A stretch of 64,000 nucleotides of DNA from Phycisphaerae bacterium (GCA_012719955.1 JAAXZI010000159.1:5618-69617); one strand, 5' to 3'; positions 21,033 through 30,955 are shown, counted from the stretch's first letter. The notes: generated from the sequence alone by a model not told the origin. Translations and numbers: made by a program.

Positions 21033-23036
21033 TTATCGCGAGGCCGGCCCCACCAGGAGTAACGTACGCCCCGCGGCCAACGACAGGGCGATCCGCCCCC
21101 CACCGGACGAGGTCGGGCCCACCGTGATCTCCCGGATCCCGCTATCGGCGGGATCGGCCAGCGTCCAGCGACCTGGCACAGCCACGGCCAGCTCGCCTTT
21201 GTAATCCTGTTTGCCCACGTTGACCAGCAGCAGGATTTCGCGCCCCTCGCGCTTGAATCTGCCCAGGACAACCTGGTCGAAGGCGGGATGCAGCCGGCCC
21301 GCGGCTGTCCGCCGGGAGGCCTCCTCGCCCATCCGGCAGGCGGCCTTCATGTCGTCGCGCAGCACGTGCCCGCCGGCCGACCGGAACTGCTCCACGATCC
21401 GAGCCGCGGCGTCCGGCAACTCCACGCCGTCGGGAAGCACCAGCGCGGTAAAACTCTGCCGCCCGACCCACAACCTGCCCTCGCGCACCTCCGCCCCGGC
21501 CAGCGTCTCATGGTCGGCCAGCATGAACGGCACCTGAGCGGTCGCCAGGTGCCGCCCCAAACGCATAAAGGAGTCGATAAGCTGCCGGGCGAGGGCCGAT
21601 TGCGACTCCAGCGTCAACGGCCTCGCCATGGGCACATACTCCGCCCAGAGGTCGTAAATCGGGTAGTACAGGAGAACGTCCGGATCGGGGCGGGCGTCAC
21701 GCAGCAATGCGTTCAGCCGGCCGACAAACTCCATGTACGCACGGGTGTCGGCTGCCGGGCGTTGCCTGCGGTTGTAGTAGAGCGTGAACTCGGTCACCCC
21801 CAGGGCAGCTTGCCACGCGGCCGTGGCCTGCATCTGCGACAACGAGGCCGGCCCCTTGGATGCCATTTGCTCGGAGAAGTCGCTCACCTCAGTCATGACC
21901 TGCCGGCGGCCCTCGATCAGCGCTGCCGAGGCGGGCAACGCCGCCGCCAGCCAGCCGCCATGGAACACCGCGTCGGGCGTCGAGGACAACATGTCCAGGC
22001 CGGGAATGTGCATCCTTCGCAGGCACTGGAGCGCATTGCCCTCCAGCGGTACGTGGTGCAACGGCCTCTCCTCCCAGAGGCTGTGGCCGGAAGAAGCAAC
22101 GCCGTGTGCCTCACACCACTTTTCGAGCCGACCGAAGTAGCGATCAGCCACCAGGTCGGCAATCAGGGCCCAGTAGCGCCGCCGGACCTGGCGATCCGCC
22201 TCACTCTGGCCGGTGAAGAGGCTCTTGCGGACGGCCATGAGGTCCTGTCCGTAGCGGGCCTGATACTGTTGCGGAAGATCCTCGACCCAGGGCACACAGG
22301 GCAGCGGCCGTACCGTCGGATCCAACGGATCCTTGACCGGCACCCGCTTACGCACCTCCTCGGACAACTGGCCGGTGTCGAGCGCCATCAGCGAAGGTTC
22401 GTCGGTGAAGGTCGCCCGGATGGTGGAACCGAAATGCTGCTGGAGCCGCCGCCAGTAGGCCTCGTGGGTCTTCTCGATAAAGGCCCCCACGGCCCCTTCG
22501 TCCAGGAGGTTGGGGTACCGCCGGGCGGCGTGAAAGTTGTTGCTGGCGTGCGTGTACTCATAGGCCGGCCGGAGGATGAACGGGTCGGCCTGCGACGGAT
22601 CGTAAGCCAGGACTATGGCCTCGAAGCGGGGATTGTCCTTGAGCACCAATCCCCCCGCCGCGCCGCTCGGATATCCTTCCTCATCGTAGATCCAGACCAG
22701 CAGCCCCATCTGCCGGCAAGACTCGACAACCTGGACGAGCGTCTGCCAGTTCGGTTCAGAAGTCAGGTAATCCTTGAAGCTTACGTTGCAAACGATGCCG
22801 CCCGCGCCCAGGTCCTTGAATTCGCGCAGGGCCTCCACGATAGCCTGAGCCGGTGGGAGGCTATGAACGATCTGAAGCGGCCTCAGTTCGGCCGGCGGAT
22901 CGGACCACGCCGCCAGCCAGCCGGCCGGCCAGTCGGAAGTGGCGGGCGCGCTCTGCGGGCCTGAGCCCAGCAGAACACCGGGGCCTGTCATCACCGTACA
23001 ACAAACCAGGATGATATGCGAGATTCTCATGGGCAA
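21033..23036 (-). CDS. large secreted protein of unknown function (possibly glycoside-hydrolase-like)
   Basis: Signal peptide and 667 aa with strong GC3 coding signal. Segments such as VWIYDEEGYPSG and ATFTDEPS resemble TIM-barrel glycosidases, but I cannot name a family. Confidence 0.75.
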   Translation of the reverse strand: MPMRISHIILVCCTVMTGPGVLLGSGPQSAPATSDWPAGWLAAWSDPPAELRPLQIVHSLPPAQAIVEALREFKDLGAGGIVCNVSFKDYLTSEPNWQTLVQVVESCRQMGLLVWIYDEEGYPSGAAGGLVLKDNPRFEAIVLAYDPSQADPFILRPAYEYTHASNNFHAARRYPNLLDEGAVGAFIEKTHEAYWRRLQQHFGSTIRATFTDEPSLMALDTGQLSEEVRKRVPVKDPLDPTVRPLPCVPWVEDLPQQYQARYGQDLMAVRKSLFTGQSEADRQVRRRYWALIADLVADRYFGRLEKWCEAHGVASSGHSLWEERPLHHVPLEGNALQCLRRMHIPGLDMLSSTPDAVFHGGWLAAALPASAALIEGRRQVMTEVSDFSEQMASKGPASLSQMQATAAWQAALGVTEFTLYYNRRQRPAADTRAYMEFVGRLNALLRDARPDPDVLLYYPIYDLWAEYVPMARPLTLESQSALARQLIDSFMRLGRHLATAQVPFMLADHETLAGAEVREGRLWVGRQSFTALVLPDGVELPDAAARIVEQFRSAGGHVLRDDMKAACRMGEEASRRTAAGRLHPAFDQVVLGRFKREGREILLLVNVGKQDYKGELAVAVPGRWTLADPADSGIREITVGPTSSGGGRIALSLAAGRTLLLVGPASR

Positions 23037-23181
23037 GCGATTGTGTGGATAACGCCGGCCGCGTCAACCATCACCGCTCCGAATAGGGCGAATCCCGGGC
23101 CGGCCTTTATTGCCGGCATCCACACGCCTACGCTATACAGGTACGTTCGTCACTGACGACCATCGAGTCGCGGAACGGTTC

Positions 23182-24180
23182 ATGATGGCAGACGCAACAC
23201 TTCAATATGCCTCGCGTGGAGTCCCTGTCTCCGGGGAAAAACGCCCCCCTTCCCGCAAGGCGGAGCATTTTTTCTGGCTGGATCGTCTCCGCTTCGTCGC
23301 CATGCTGGATATCGTGGCGATGCACACCGTGGGCAATCACCTGTTGCACGGCGTGGGCCTGCCGATGCTTCTGCTCATTTCGGTGGCCTTGCAGGCCGCA
23401 AGAGTGCCGCCGGCCGCCCCCGGCGCGGTACTGGCCCGACGCGCCCGGCGTTTACTGGTCCCCTGGCTTTTCTGGTGCGCGGTCTACACCGGCTGGCTTG
23501 TGCTCCAGGCCCTGGGCCACGGCCGGCCGGCCTGGAGCTGGTTTCAGCCGCTCATGCCCCTCTACGGGCCGGTGATCCATCTGTGGTTCGTGCCGTTCAT
23601 ATTCCTTTCGGCGCCGGTGGTGGCGGTGATTGTCGGGATCGCGCATTCACGCCGCAGCAGACCGGCCATCGCCGTCTTCGCCACGTCCGGCATCCTGGTG
23701 GTGTTGGCGGCGGCGGCGGTTCGAACCGCCTACGCGGTGCCCCAGCCCTTCAACCAATGGGTGTTCTCGGTGGGCACGATTCCGCTCGGCGCGGCCATTG
23801 GCCTTGCCCTGACCACCCAGGGAAAGCGGCGATTGCGCCTGCTGCTGGCCCTGGCGGGACTTGGAATTCTGCTGACGGCCGCCGGCCTGGAGTGGGTTCG
23901 GTTCCCGTTCCCGTGTGAGAGTTGGATGCTCCGCCGACATGGCCTGGCGCTGATCGGCGTCTGCCTGATGGCGTGCCTGAGCGGCGGTGGCGGTCCCGTC
24001 ACCCGCCTGATGGTGAACACGACGTTCGGCGTCTACCTGACGCATCCGCTGATCTTCCAGGTGCTCAGAGAAATGCGGATCGTGGACGGCTGCGCATGGA
24101 TCGATTTCGTTGTGGTCTATCTGCTCTCGGCGGTCGTAACCCTGGCCATGCGGGCATGCCCTCTGAAACGATTCGTCTGA
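23182..24180 (+). CDS. acyltransferase family 3 (membrane-bound O-acyltransferase)
   Basis: About 10 predicted TM helices and the N-terminal motif FFWLDRLRFVAMLDIVAMH typical of Acyl_transf_3. I chose the ATG at 23182. Confidence 0.8.
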   Translation: MMADATLQYASRGVPVSGEKRPPSRKAEHFFWLDRLRFVAMLDIVAMHTVGNHLLHGVGLPMLLLISVALQAARVPPAAPGAVLARRARRLLVPWLFWCAVYTGWLVLQALGHGRPAWSWFQPLMPLYGPVIHLWFVPFIFLSAPVVAVIVGIAHSRRSRPAIAVFATSGILVVLAAAAVRTAYAVPQPFNQWVFSVGTIPLGAAIGLALTTQGKRRLRLLLALAGLGILLTAAGLEWVRFPFPCESWMLRRHGLALIGVCLMACLSGGGGPVTRLMVNTTFGVYLTHPLIFQVLREMRIVDGCAWIDFVVVYLLSAVVTLAMRACPLKRFV

Positions 24181-24207
24181 CCGCCGACGTTTCCAGATGA
24201 GCAACGC

Positions 24208-24413
24208 CTGTGTGCCACAACTCTTGAGCCGTGCAGGTTTATCGAGAAGCCTGGGCGCGGTCCGTACGGCAGAGGCTCTACTGCTCGATCGGTCAAGCTG
24301 GTGCAGGCGGGTGTCAGGGGGATGAGCCGTCTTCAACCCCAGTGTCCGCCACGCGCAAGGGGGGCAAGATGCCCGCCCCCCTGATGCTCGCTGCTCAGCG
24401 GCAGTGGCACACA
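24208..24413. repeat. family A MITE-like element, copy A1 (206 bp, carries a nested family C hairpin)
   Basis: The termini ctgtgtgccacaactcttgagccgtgc ... ctgctcagcggcagtggcacaca are inverted repeats. The left ~50 nt align with copy A2. Confidence 0.85.
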
Positions 24414-24642
24414 TGCGGCTGTGCCGTTCCGGCTTTTTCCTTGTTTCCAGTAGACTCTCCACCTTTGCAGCCATATGAAATAATGATCCAGTCACGCAAA
24501 GGGGACACTCTGCCTCAACGGGGTTGCAGACTGCCAGGCGGAACAGAGGAGCCGGACGCAGCTCTGCATGCATACCTGATGGGATACCTGTGTAGTGGCG
24601 CGTTTCTTCCATGCGGGAGCCGCCACTGACGGAGGACCAGAC

Positions 24643-25488
24643 ATGTCAACGTTCAGATCGGCGGCGCGAACCATGTGCGGGATTGGGCTGCTCTCAATGA
24701 TGGCCGTGTCGGCCTGGTCCTGTGCGCCCACGAAGCAGGACGAGGATCTCCTGACAGAGCCGGAGCGCAACGCGGCTGGTGCGGCCGTCCAGTCGACGTC
24801 CGCGCTTGCCCAGACCGCCGGTGCGACCAGCGTCGTCAGCACAAGCCAGCCCCCCACGGCCAAGCCCGCGCTTGCCACCAGCGGCGTGGCAGGCTGCCCG
24901 GTGTTGACGATCTCGCCGGCGGAAGGCACCGCGACCTTCAACGTCTCGCTCGATTTCGACGGCGGGTGCCCTCTTCCCGACCAAACCGAACCCGTCTGCT
25001 CCGGTTCCACGAGCGGCCAGATCGACTTTTCCACCCAGCACGTGAACCTGACGTTTCAAGCCTTGAGCTGCGACAGCGCGCCGTCACTGGACGGGACGGT
25101 GGACCTCAACTACAGCGTGGCGGATTCGTCGATCACACTGGACGGCACCTGGGATCTCACCTTCACGACCGCCGAGGATCAGAGCCGGATCACCGGGCCG
25201 GGCACCGTGATTTTTGACACGGCCGCCCAGGTCGTGACCATCAGCCAATTCGAGGGTCAGTTGACCCGGGGCGCCGACACCTCGAATATCACCGTGGACT
25301 CGGTGGTGATTTCGCTGGCGGACAACCCCTCCCTGACTCCCTCCGCGGGGACCATTCGATTGGACGGCGGACTGCTTCGCCAATTCACCATTCGATTCAA
25401 TGAGAACTCGCCCAGCACGAGAGTGGTGGAGGTCAGCATCTTTGGGCTGATCTTTGTTCCCATTGACCTGGATACGTTTGATTTGTAG
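24643..25488 (+). CDS. hypothetical lipoprotein
   Basis: GGAGGA lies 6 nt upstream of the ATG at 24643. It has a signal peptide with the lipobox SAWSC. The mature part is Thr/Ser/Asp-rich and beta-rich. Confidence 0.7.
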   Translation: MSTFRSAARTMCGIGLLSMMAVSAWSCAPTKQDEDLLTEPERNAAGAAVQSTSALAQTAGATSVVSTSQPPTAKPALATSGVAGCPVLTISPAEGTATFNVSLDFDGGCPLPDQTEPVCSGSTSGQIDFSTQHVNLTFQALSCDSAPSLDGTVDLNYSVADSSITLDGTWDLTFTTAEDQSRITGPGTVIFDTAAQVVTISQFEGQLTRGADTSNITVDSVVISLADNPSLTPSAGTIRLDGGLLRQFTIRFNENSPSTRVVEVSIFGLIFVPIDLDTFDL

Positions 25489-25514
25489 TGGATGGTGGAT
25501 AGTGGATCAAGGCC

Positions 25515-25632
25515 GTGTGTGCCACGGCTCTTGAGCCGTGCTGGTTTGTCGAGGAGCCTGGGCGCGGGGCAGAGGCTTCGATAACCGAGAGTCCTGCTCG
25601 CGGTCTGCACTGCTCAAGAGCAGTGGCACACA
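25515..25632. repeat. family A MITE-like element, copy A2 (118 bp)
   Basis: The sequence gtgtgtgccacggctcttgagccgtgc ... ctgctcaagagcagtggcacaca has ~22-bp terminal inverted repeats. Each terminus contains the palindrome CACGGCTCTTGAGCCGTG or a close variant. Confidence 0.9.
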
Positions 25633-25707
25633 AGGCAGCCTCGCACAGCGAAAGCAACCGACAGTGCCACCCGCCTCAAGCTCCACCGTCCAACGCTCAT
25701 CGCCTTC

Positions 25708-25857
25708 CTACTTCCTGCCGCCAGCTCCCAACAAGAAACCTGCTGCGGACAGAATCAGGGGCCACGCGAGCCATTCCTCCGGGACTGGTGTAACCATGGA
25801 GGTCAGGATCAGCGGAGATAGCACAACGATCAGGAGTAAACCAGCGACTTTACCCAT
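25708..25857 (-). CDS. 49-aa hypothetical small membrane protein
   Basis: Below the ORF-track size cutoff. Translation: MGKVAGLLLIVVLSPLILTSMVTPVPEEWLAWPLILSAAGFLLGAGGRK (two hydrophobic helices). GAGGAG lies 8 nt upstream of the ATG. Confidence 0.35.
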   Translation of the reverse strand: MGKVAGLLLIVVLSPLILTSMVTPVPEEWLAWPLILSAAGFLLGAGGRK

Positions 25858-26023
25858 GTGTTCAACTCCTCGCCACTCTGAATGCCGTCAACCCTTTCGG
25901 TTTGACGCAGTCGACCAGAAGGAAAACAGTCCTCGTTTTTTGATCCTCCTCACCGTAAACGACTGCTCACGCTACCGAGGCACTCAGCGGATAGCAATTA
26001 CAATCGGCAATGTTTTTTATAAC

Positions 26024-26055
26024 GAGACGGCCGAGGGATTGCCCTCGGCCGTCTC
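26024..26055 (-). terminator. GC-rich hairpin downstream of dnaK
   Basis: GAGACGGCCGAGGG-attg-CCCTCGGCCGTCTC is a 14-bp perfect stem starting 16 nt after the dnaK stop. There is no clean U-tract on the dnaK strand, hence moderate confidence. Confidence 0.5.
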
Positions 26056-26070
26056 ATTACTCACCTTCTT

Positions 26071-28023
26071 TTAGCGCTTCTCTTCGAACTCGGCGTCGAT
26101 CACGTCCTCGCCGCCGCCGCCGGCCGCCGCTCCGGCGCCCGCGGTTTGTTGCGGGCCGCCTTCGCCGCCGGGGGCGCCGCCCGGGGCGCCCGCCCCGCCG
26201 GCTGCCGCGGCTTTGGCCGCCTCTTCGTACATGATCTTGCCGATGACCTGCGAGGCCGTCTTGACCTGCTCCATGGTCCGCTGGAGGGCCGTGCGGTCGT
26301 CGCCCTTGAGGGCATCCTTGAGGGCGTTGAGGGCCGCCTCGATGTCGCCGCGGTCCTTGGGCGGGACCTTGTCGCCGTGCTCCTTGAGGACCTTCTCGGT
26401 CTGGTACACGAGGTTGTCGCCCTGGTTCTTCAAGTCCACCAGTTCGCGACGAGCCTTGTCCTCGGCCGCGTGGGCCTCGGCGTCGCGCCGCATCTGCTCG
26501 ATCTCCTCCTTGGACAGACCGCTGGAGCCCTCGATGCGGATGGACTGGGCCTTGCCCGTGGCCAGATCCTTGGCGCTCACGTTGAGGATGCCGTTCGCGT
26601 CGATGTCGAAGGTAACCTCGATCTGCGGTACGCCGCGCGGCGCCGGCGGAATGCCGGTCAGGTTGAAGCGGCCCAGCGACCGGTTCCCGCTGGCCACCTC
26701 GCGCTCGCCCTGGAGCACGTGGATGGTCACCTCGGTCTGGTTGTCGGTAGCCGTGCTGAAGATCTCCTTCTTGGACGTCGGAATCGTGGTGTTCCGCTCG
26801 ATCAGCTTGGTCATCACGCCGCCCAGCGTCTCGACACCCAGCGACAGCGGCGTCACGTCGAGCAGCAGGATGTCGGTCTTCTCGCCGGCCAGCACCGCAC
26901 CCTGGACGGCCGCGCCCACCGCGACCACCTCGTCCGGGTTGATGCTCTTGTTCGGATCCTTGCCGAAAATCTCCTTGACCAGCCGCTGGACGACCGGCAT
27001 ACGCGTGGAGCCGCCGACCAGCACGACCTCATCCACGTCGCGCGGCGAGAGCTTGGCATCCTCCAGAGCCTTCATCACCGGCCCCCGGCAGCGCTCCGTG
27101 AGATGCTCGGTGAGCTGCTCGAACTTGGCCCGCGTGATGGTCTGCTGCAGGTGCTTGGGCCCCGTCTGGTCGGCCGTGATGAACGGCAGATTGATGGTCG
27201 TCTCCTGGGTGCTGGAGAGTTCCATTTTCGCCTTCTCGCAGGCCTCCTTGAGCCGCTGGAGGGCCATCGGGTCCTTCCTGAGATCGATGCCTTCCTTCTT
27301 GCGGAACTCTTCGGCAACGTAGTTGATCAGCTCCTCATCGTAATCGTCGCCGCCCAGGTGCGTGTCACCGTTGGTGCTCAACACCTCGAAGACGTTGTCG
27401 CCGATGTCGAGGATGGAAATATCGAACGTGCCGCCGCCCAGGTCGAAGACGGCCACCTTCTCGTTCCGCTTCTTCTCCAACCCGTAGGCCAGGGCCGCCG
27501 CGGTCGGCTCGTTGATGATGCGCTCGACCTTCAGGCCGGCGATCTCTCCGGCGTCCTTGGTCGCCTGACGCTGGGCATCGTTGAAGTAGGCCGGAACGGT
27601 GATGACCGCGCGGGTCACCTGCTCGCCGAGGTAGTCCTCCGCGGTCTTCTTGAGGTCGCGGAGAATCATGGCGGAGATCTCCGGCGGGGTATACCTCTTG
27701 CCCCGGACCTCCACCTTGACCAGCTCACTTTCCCCATCGACGACCTTGTAAGGGACGATCTTCTCTTCGGCATGAACCTCGTTGTGCCGCCGGCCCATGA
27801 ACCGCTTGATCGAAAAGACGGTATTCTGAGGGTTGGTCACCTGCTGATGCTTGGCGATCTGCCCCACCAGGATTTCACCCTTCTCCGTAAAGCCCACGAC
27901 GGAGGGGGTCAGCCGTGAGCCCTGCGCGTTCGTCAAAACCTTCGGCTGATCGCCTTCCATGACGGCCACCACCGAATTGGTTGTTCCCAAATCTATCCCG
28001 ATAATCTTGTTCGAAGCCATCAA
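26071..28023 (-). CDS. dnaK: molecular chaperone DnaK (Hsp70)
   Basis: [39 protein letters not shown], and a Gly/Ala-rich tail ending EEKR. Confidence 0.98.
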   Translation of the reverse strand: MMASNKIIGIDLGTTNSVVAVMEGDQPKVLTNAQGSRLTPSVVGFTEKGEILVGQIAKHQQVTNPQNTVFSIKRFMGRRHNEVHAEEKIVPYKVVDGESELVKVEVRGKRYTPPEISAMILRDLKKTAEDYLGEQVTRAVITVPAYFNDAQRQATKDAGEIAGLKVERIINEPTAAALAYGLEKKRNEKVAVFDLGGGTFDISILDIGDNVFEVLSTNGDTHLGGDDYDEELINYVAEEFRKKEGIDLRKDPMALQRLKEACEKAKMELSSTQETTINLPFITADQTGPKHLQQTITRAKFEQLTEHLTERCRGPVMKALEDAKLSPRDVDEVVLVGGSTRMPVVQRLVKEIFGKDPNKSINPDEVVAVGAAVQGAVLAGEKTDILLLDVTPLSLGVETLGGVMTKLIERNTTIPTSKKEIFSTATDNQTEVTIHVLQGEREVASGNRSLGRFNLTGIPPAPRGVPQIEVTFDIDANGILNVSAKDLATGKAQSIRIEGSSGLSKEEIEQMRRDAEAHAAEDKARRELVDLKNQGDNLVYQTEKVLKEHGDKVPPKDRGDIEAALNALKDALKGDDRTALQRTMEQVKTASQVIGKIMYEEAAKAAAAGGAGAPGGAPGGEGGPQQTAGAGAAAGGGGEDVIDAEFEEKR

Positions 28024-28315
28024 AACTCTCCTTCCGGCTGTGGTAGCATCGAGCGCAAATTGGTATCAGAAGAATCGCCTAGCATATGCAATACCAGTCG
28101 CCCTCAACACCAAGGTTTTCGATAAGACCTTGTCCGAAAAGACGTTAAGTAAAGACCAGCATTCTCCCGGCGGTACGCTTTTTCTGCCAGACTGGCAGAT
28201 CAGGACGGAATGAAGTTGGCACGGTCCCTGTTGAGCCGCCCTGTCGGTTTTTAGGGTTGGCAGAAACGTATCTCCTGATAAGATAAGGGAGACGCGCGTC
28301 TGTGGTAAGACCATC

Positions 28316-28798
28316 ATGGCAAGTGAACAACCTCCGGCACTCGCGACACTTGAGGGGCAGAACTTCCCGGCTGTCCGGCAGGTCTCCGTGTTCATGGAGA
28401 ACCGGGTCGGGCAACTGCTGCGCCTGACCCAAACCATTGATAATGCTGATGTTAGGATCATTGCCCTCTCGATTCTGGATTCGGCCGACTTTGCCGTCGT
28501 ACGGCTGATGTTCGACAAGCCCGATGACGCTCTGGAGGCCCTCCACGCCGCGGGGTTCGCCGTCAGCGTGACCGAACTACTGGCAGTGGTGCTGCCCAAG
28601 GGAAATCGCGGGCTGCTGTCGGTCTGGTCGGCCCTCCTGTCCAGCGAGGTGAGCGTCGGGTACGTGTATCCCCTGATCCCCCTGGCGGCCGGTCCGGCTA
28701 TTGCCATGTCCGTAGACAGCCTGGAATTGGCCATCGACACCCTCCAGCAACACAAATTCACTCTCCTGACCGAAGCGGATTTTCAGGTTGGGCCGTAA
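28316..28798 (+). CDS. ACT-domain (amino-acid-binding) protein
   Basis: Two tandem ACT-like beta-alpha-beta-beta-alpha-beta units (VSVFMENRVGQLLRLTQTI.. and LAVVLPKGNRGLLSVWSALL..). Confidence 0.65.
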   Translation: MASEQPPALATLEGQNFPAVRQVSVFMENRVGQLLRLTQTIDNADVRIIALSILDSADFAVVRLMFDKPDDALEALHAAGFAVSVTELLAVVLPKGNRGLLSVWSALLSSEVSVGYVYPLIPLAAGPAIAMSVDSLELAIDTLQQHKFTLLTEADFQVGP

Positions 28799-29048
28799 CC
28801 ACTCCAGCCAGACAGCCTCCCTGACCGAACGATGCGCCTGCCACAGGTTGCGTGGCCGGCACAATGAACCAGTGTGCATCGGGCCCCGACTGCCAGAGTG
28901 GCCGAAGCCAGCACTTGTACCGAGATGCTTAATTCCAGCTCATAGCAAGAGTTATCCAGGTACTTATGTATGGAACGCGGATTGCTGACCCCCTAAGATG
29001 ATGTGGTCGACGGTTTGAGAGACTGCCCCGGATTTGGGAGGTATCGAG

Positions 29049-29750
29049 TTGATAGTTTTTGACCCGATGTATTTTGTCATCCTGGCGCCCGGTCTGTTGT
29101 TGGCGATGTGGGCACAGTACAAGGTGCGCTCGACATTTTCACGGGCCAGCGAGATCCCGGCGAAGCGAGGCTGGAGCGGTCGGGATGTCGCCCAGGCGAT
29201 TCTCAATTCCAACGGCCTCCAAGACGTGGAAATTGAACCGGTAACCGGCTATCTCAGCGATCATTATGACCCCAGGCACAAGGTTCTGAGGCTCAGTCCC
29301 GACGTGTACCAGGGACGGTCCCTGGCGGCCTTTGGCGTGGCGGCCCATGAAGTCGGACACGCGATTCAGGACGCGCACAATTACGCGCCGCTGGGCATCC
29401 GCAATGCGATCGTGCCGATGGCCAACTTCGGATCAAGCCTGGGCATGCTGGTCCTGATGGTCGGCATCGGCATGGGGCTCCAGACGCTGGCCATTCTGGG
29501 TTGTGCGTTGTTTACCGCGGTGGTGATCTTCCAGGTGGTCAACCTGCCTGTGGAGTTCAACGCCAGCCGGCGGGCCCGCGAGGCGCTGCTGGCCAGCGGA
29601 ATCATCAGCCCCGCCGAGGACAAGGAAGTCGGCAAGGTCCTCAACGCCGCCGCGATGACCTATGTGGCGGCCACCCTGACCAGCATTCTGACGCTGCTCT
29701 ATTTCCTCATGCGGGCAGGCGTGATCGGCGGCGGGCGCAACAGGGAATAA
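29049..29750 (+). CDS. YugP-like neutral zinc metallopeptidase (membrane)
   Basis: HEVGHAIQ zinc motif and an N-terminus FDPMYFVILAPGLLLAMWAQYKV like YugP. I chose the TTG at 29049, 7 nt after GGAGG; the track start at 29034 is in frame. Confidence 0.85.
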   Translation: MIVFDPMYFVILAPGLLLAMWAQYKVRSTFSRASEIPAKRGWSGRDVAQAILNSNGLQDVEIEPVTGYLSDHYDPRHKVLRLSPDVYQGRSLAAFGVAAHEVGHAIQDAHNYAPLGIRNAIVPMANFGSSLGMLVLMVGIGMGLQTLAILGCALFTAVVIFQVVNLPVEFNASRRAREALLASGIISPAEDKEVGKVLNAAAMTYVAATLTSILTLLYFLMRAGVIGGGRNRE

Positions 29751-29785
29751 CCGCCCACGAACACATATGAAACCGCGAACTCCGG

Positions 29786-29824
29786 AAGGCCGGCGGCGTT
29801 GATTCCCCGCCGGCCTTTCTTTGT
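29786..29824 (+). terminator. rho-independent terminator after the YugP-like gene
   Basis: AAGGCCGGCGG-N10-CCGCCGGCCTT followed by TCTTTG. Confidence 0.7.
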
Positions 29825-29893
29825 GACCGCACGCGTCCAGTTTGTTGACTCGCCGCCTGATCCATTCGAAAATCCCACCCCGAGGCACAAAGC

Positions 29894-30535
29894 ATGGTTG
29901 AATCGCGGACGTCAGAATCCTTCCCGGCCCGGCAGCGCCGCCGGCGCAACCTCCTGCTCATGGTGGCATTGCTGACGGCCGGCGCGGCGGGAGTCACCTT
30001 CAAGTACACCCGCCATCACCTCTTTCCGAAGCGCTTCGCGATCGTGGAACCCGGCCGGCTCTACCGTTCCGGCTACTGCGAACCGGGTCCGCTGACGCGC
30101 ATCATCCGCAAGCACAAGATCCGAACGATTCTCACGCTCTTAAATGACGAGCCAGACTCCGAGGAGCAGCGGAAAGAAGAGGAAGTGGTCAGGCGGGAAG
30201 GCGTTCGCCTGATCCGCATCGGAATGCCGGGGAATGGCTGCGCCGATTTCGACCTGCTGGAGCAGGCGGCGGACATTATTGCCGACCCGACCAGTCACCC
30301 ACTGCTGGTTCATTGCTACGCGGGTTCAAACCGGACCGGGGCCTGCTACGCGGTCTGGCGGATGAAACACTGCGGGTGGAGCTGGCGCGAAGCACTGGAC
30401 GAGTGCCAGGATTACGGGCTCTCGCCGCGCTATAGCGCCAAGCTGTTCGAGCACCTCAAGCGGTATTACATCGAGCGGATCGAACCCGCCTCGAAAGCGG
30501 TGAGCCGCCCGGCCACTCGCCCACCTGAACCATAG
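29894..30535 (+). CDS. membrane-anchored protein tyrosine / dual-specificity phosphatase
   Basis: CX5R P-loop HCYAGSNRTG and an N-terminal TM helix. Confidence 0.8.
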   Translation: MVESRTSESFPARQRRRRNLLLMVALLTAGAAGVTFKYTRHHLFPKRFAIVEPGRLYRSGYCEPGPLTRIIRKHKIRTILTLLNDEPDSEEQRKEEEVVRREGVRLIRIGMPGNGCADFDLLEQAADIIADPTSHPLLVHCYAGSNRTGACYAVWRMKHCGWSWREALDECQDYGLSPRYSAKLFEHLKRYYIERIEPASKAVSRPATRPPEP

Positions 30536-30583
30536 CGGATCCCCGCCACGGGCCGACCGGGGACGAGAGCGCCGTTTTAGTCG

Positions 30584-30955
30584 CTATTCGTCGAACAGGA
30601 ATTCGACGCCCATCATGTGGCCGCGGGAGGTCTGCATGCAGTAGCGGACGACGGCCCGGCCATAGAGCGTCAACTCAGGCACGTGCAACGCCAACTCGAT
30701 CACCGTGCCGACCGGGTAGTGATGATCGCCGCACATGCCCATGCCCGTTTCGCTCAAGTCGCGACAGTCGAAAAAGCCCGGCGGGCACTGCTCATCGTCA
30801 GCGACGCGCACCTCGACCTGCCCCGGGAAGGGCCAGCGCGGCGAGCGGCGACGCTCCGGCCCGGCAAACGGTTCGATATGCACGGTGGACCGGCGGGTCT
30901 TGATCAGATTGATAACGGCTTCGCGCGACAGCTTGACGATTTCTTCGGTTTCCAT
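30584..30955 (-). CDS. PilZ domain protein (c-di-GMP receptor)
   Basis: RRSPR (RxxxR) and DLSETG (DxSxxG) motifs. GGAGG lies 5 nt upstream of the ATG at 30955. Confidence 0.7.
   Translation of the reverse strand: METEEIVKLSREAVINLIKTRRSTVHIEPFAGPERRRSPRWPFPGQVEVRVADDEQCPPGFFDCRDLSETGMGMCGDHHYPVGTVIELALHVPELTLYGRAVVRYCMQTSRGHMMGVEFLFDE

Noticed and set aside
23040-23052. Perfect DnaA-box 9-mer (TGTGGATAA, the reverse complement of TTATCCACA) at about 23044-23052, and a near match at about 39816, as a hint of a replication origin.
   Set aside because: It is a single isolated box with no cluster, no AT-rich unwinding element and no dnaA/dnaN nearby. A lone 9-mer match in 128 kb of two-strand sequence is not surprising.
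28110-28135. Inverted repeat CAAGGT-N10-ACCTTG about 90-110 nt upstream of dnaK, considered as a HAIR/CIRCE-like heat-shock operator.
   Set aside because: It matches neither the CIRCE nor the HAIR consensus. A 6-bp arm is weak on its own, and no second copy occurs upstream of clpB. I noted it but do not call it a feature.
28205-28275. Two TGGCA-containing sequences upstream of the ACT-domain gene (ttGGCACggtccCTGTtg and tTGGCAGaaacgTATCTc) as sigma-54 promoters.
   Set aside because: Neither has the invariant GC of the -12 element at the correct spacing (CTGT and TATC instead of TTGC).
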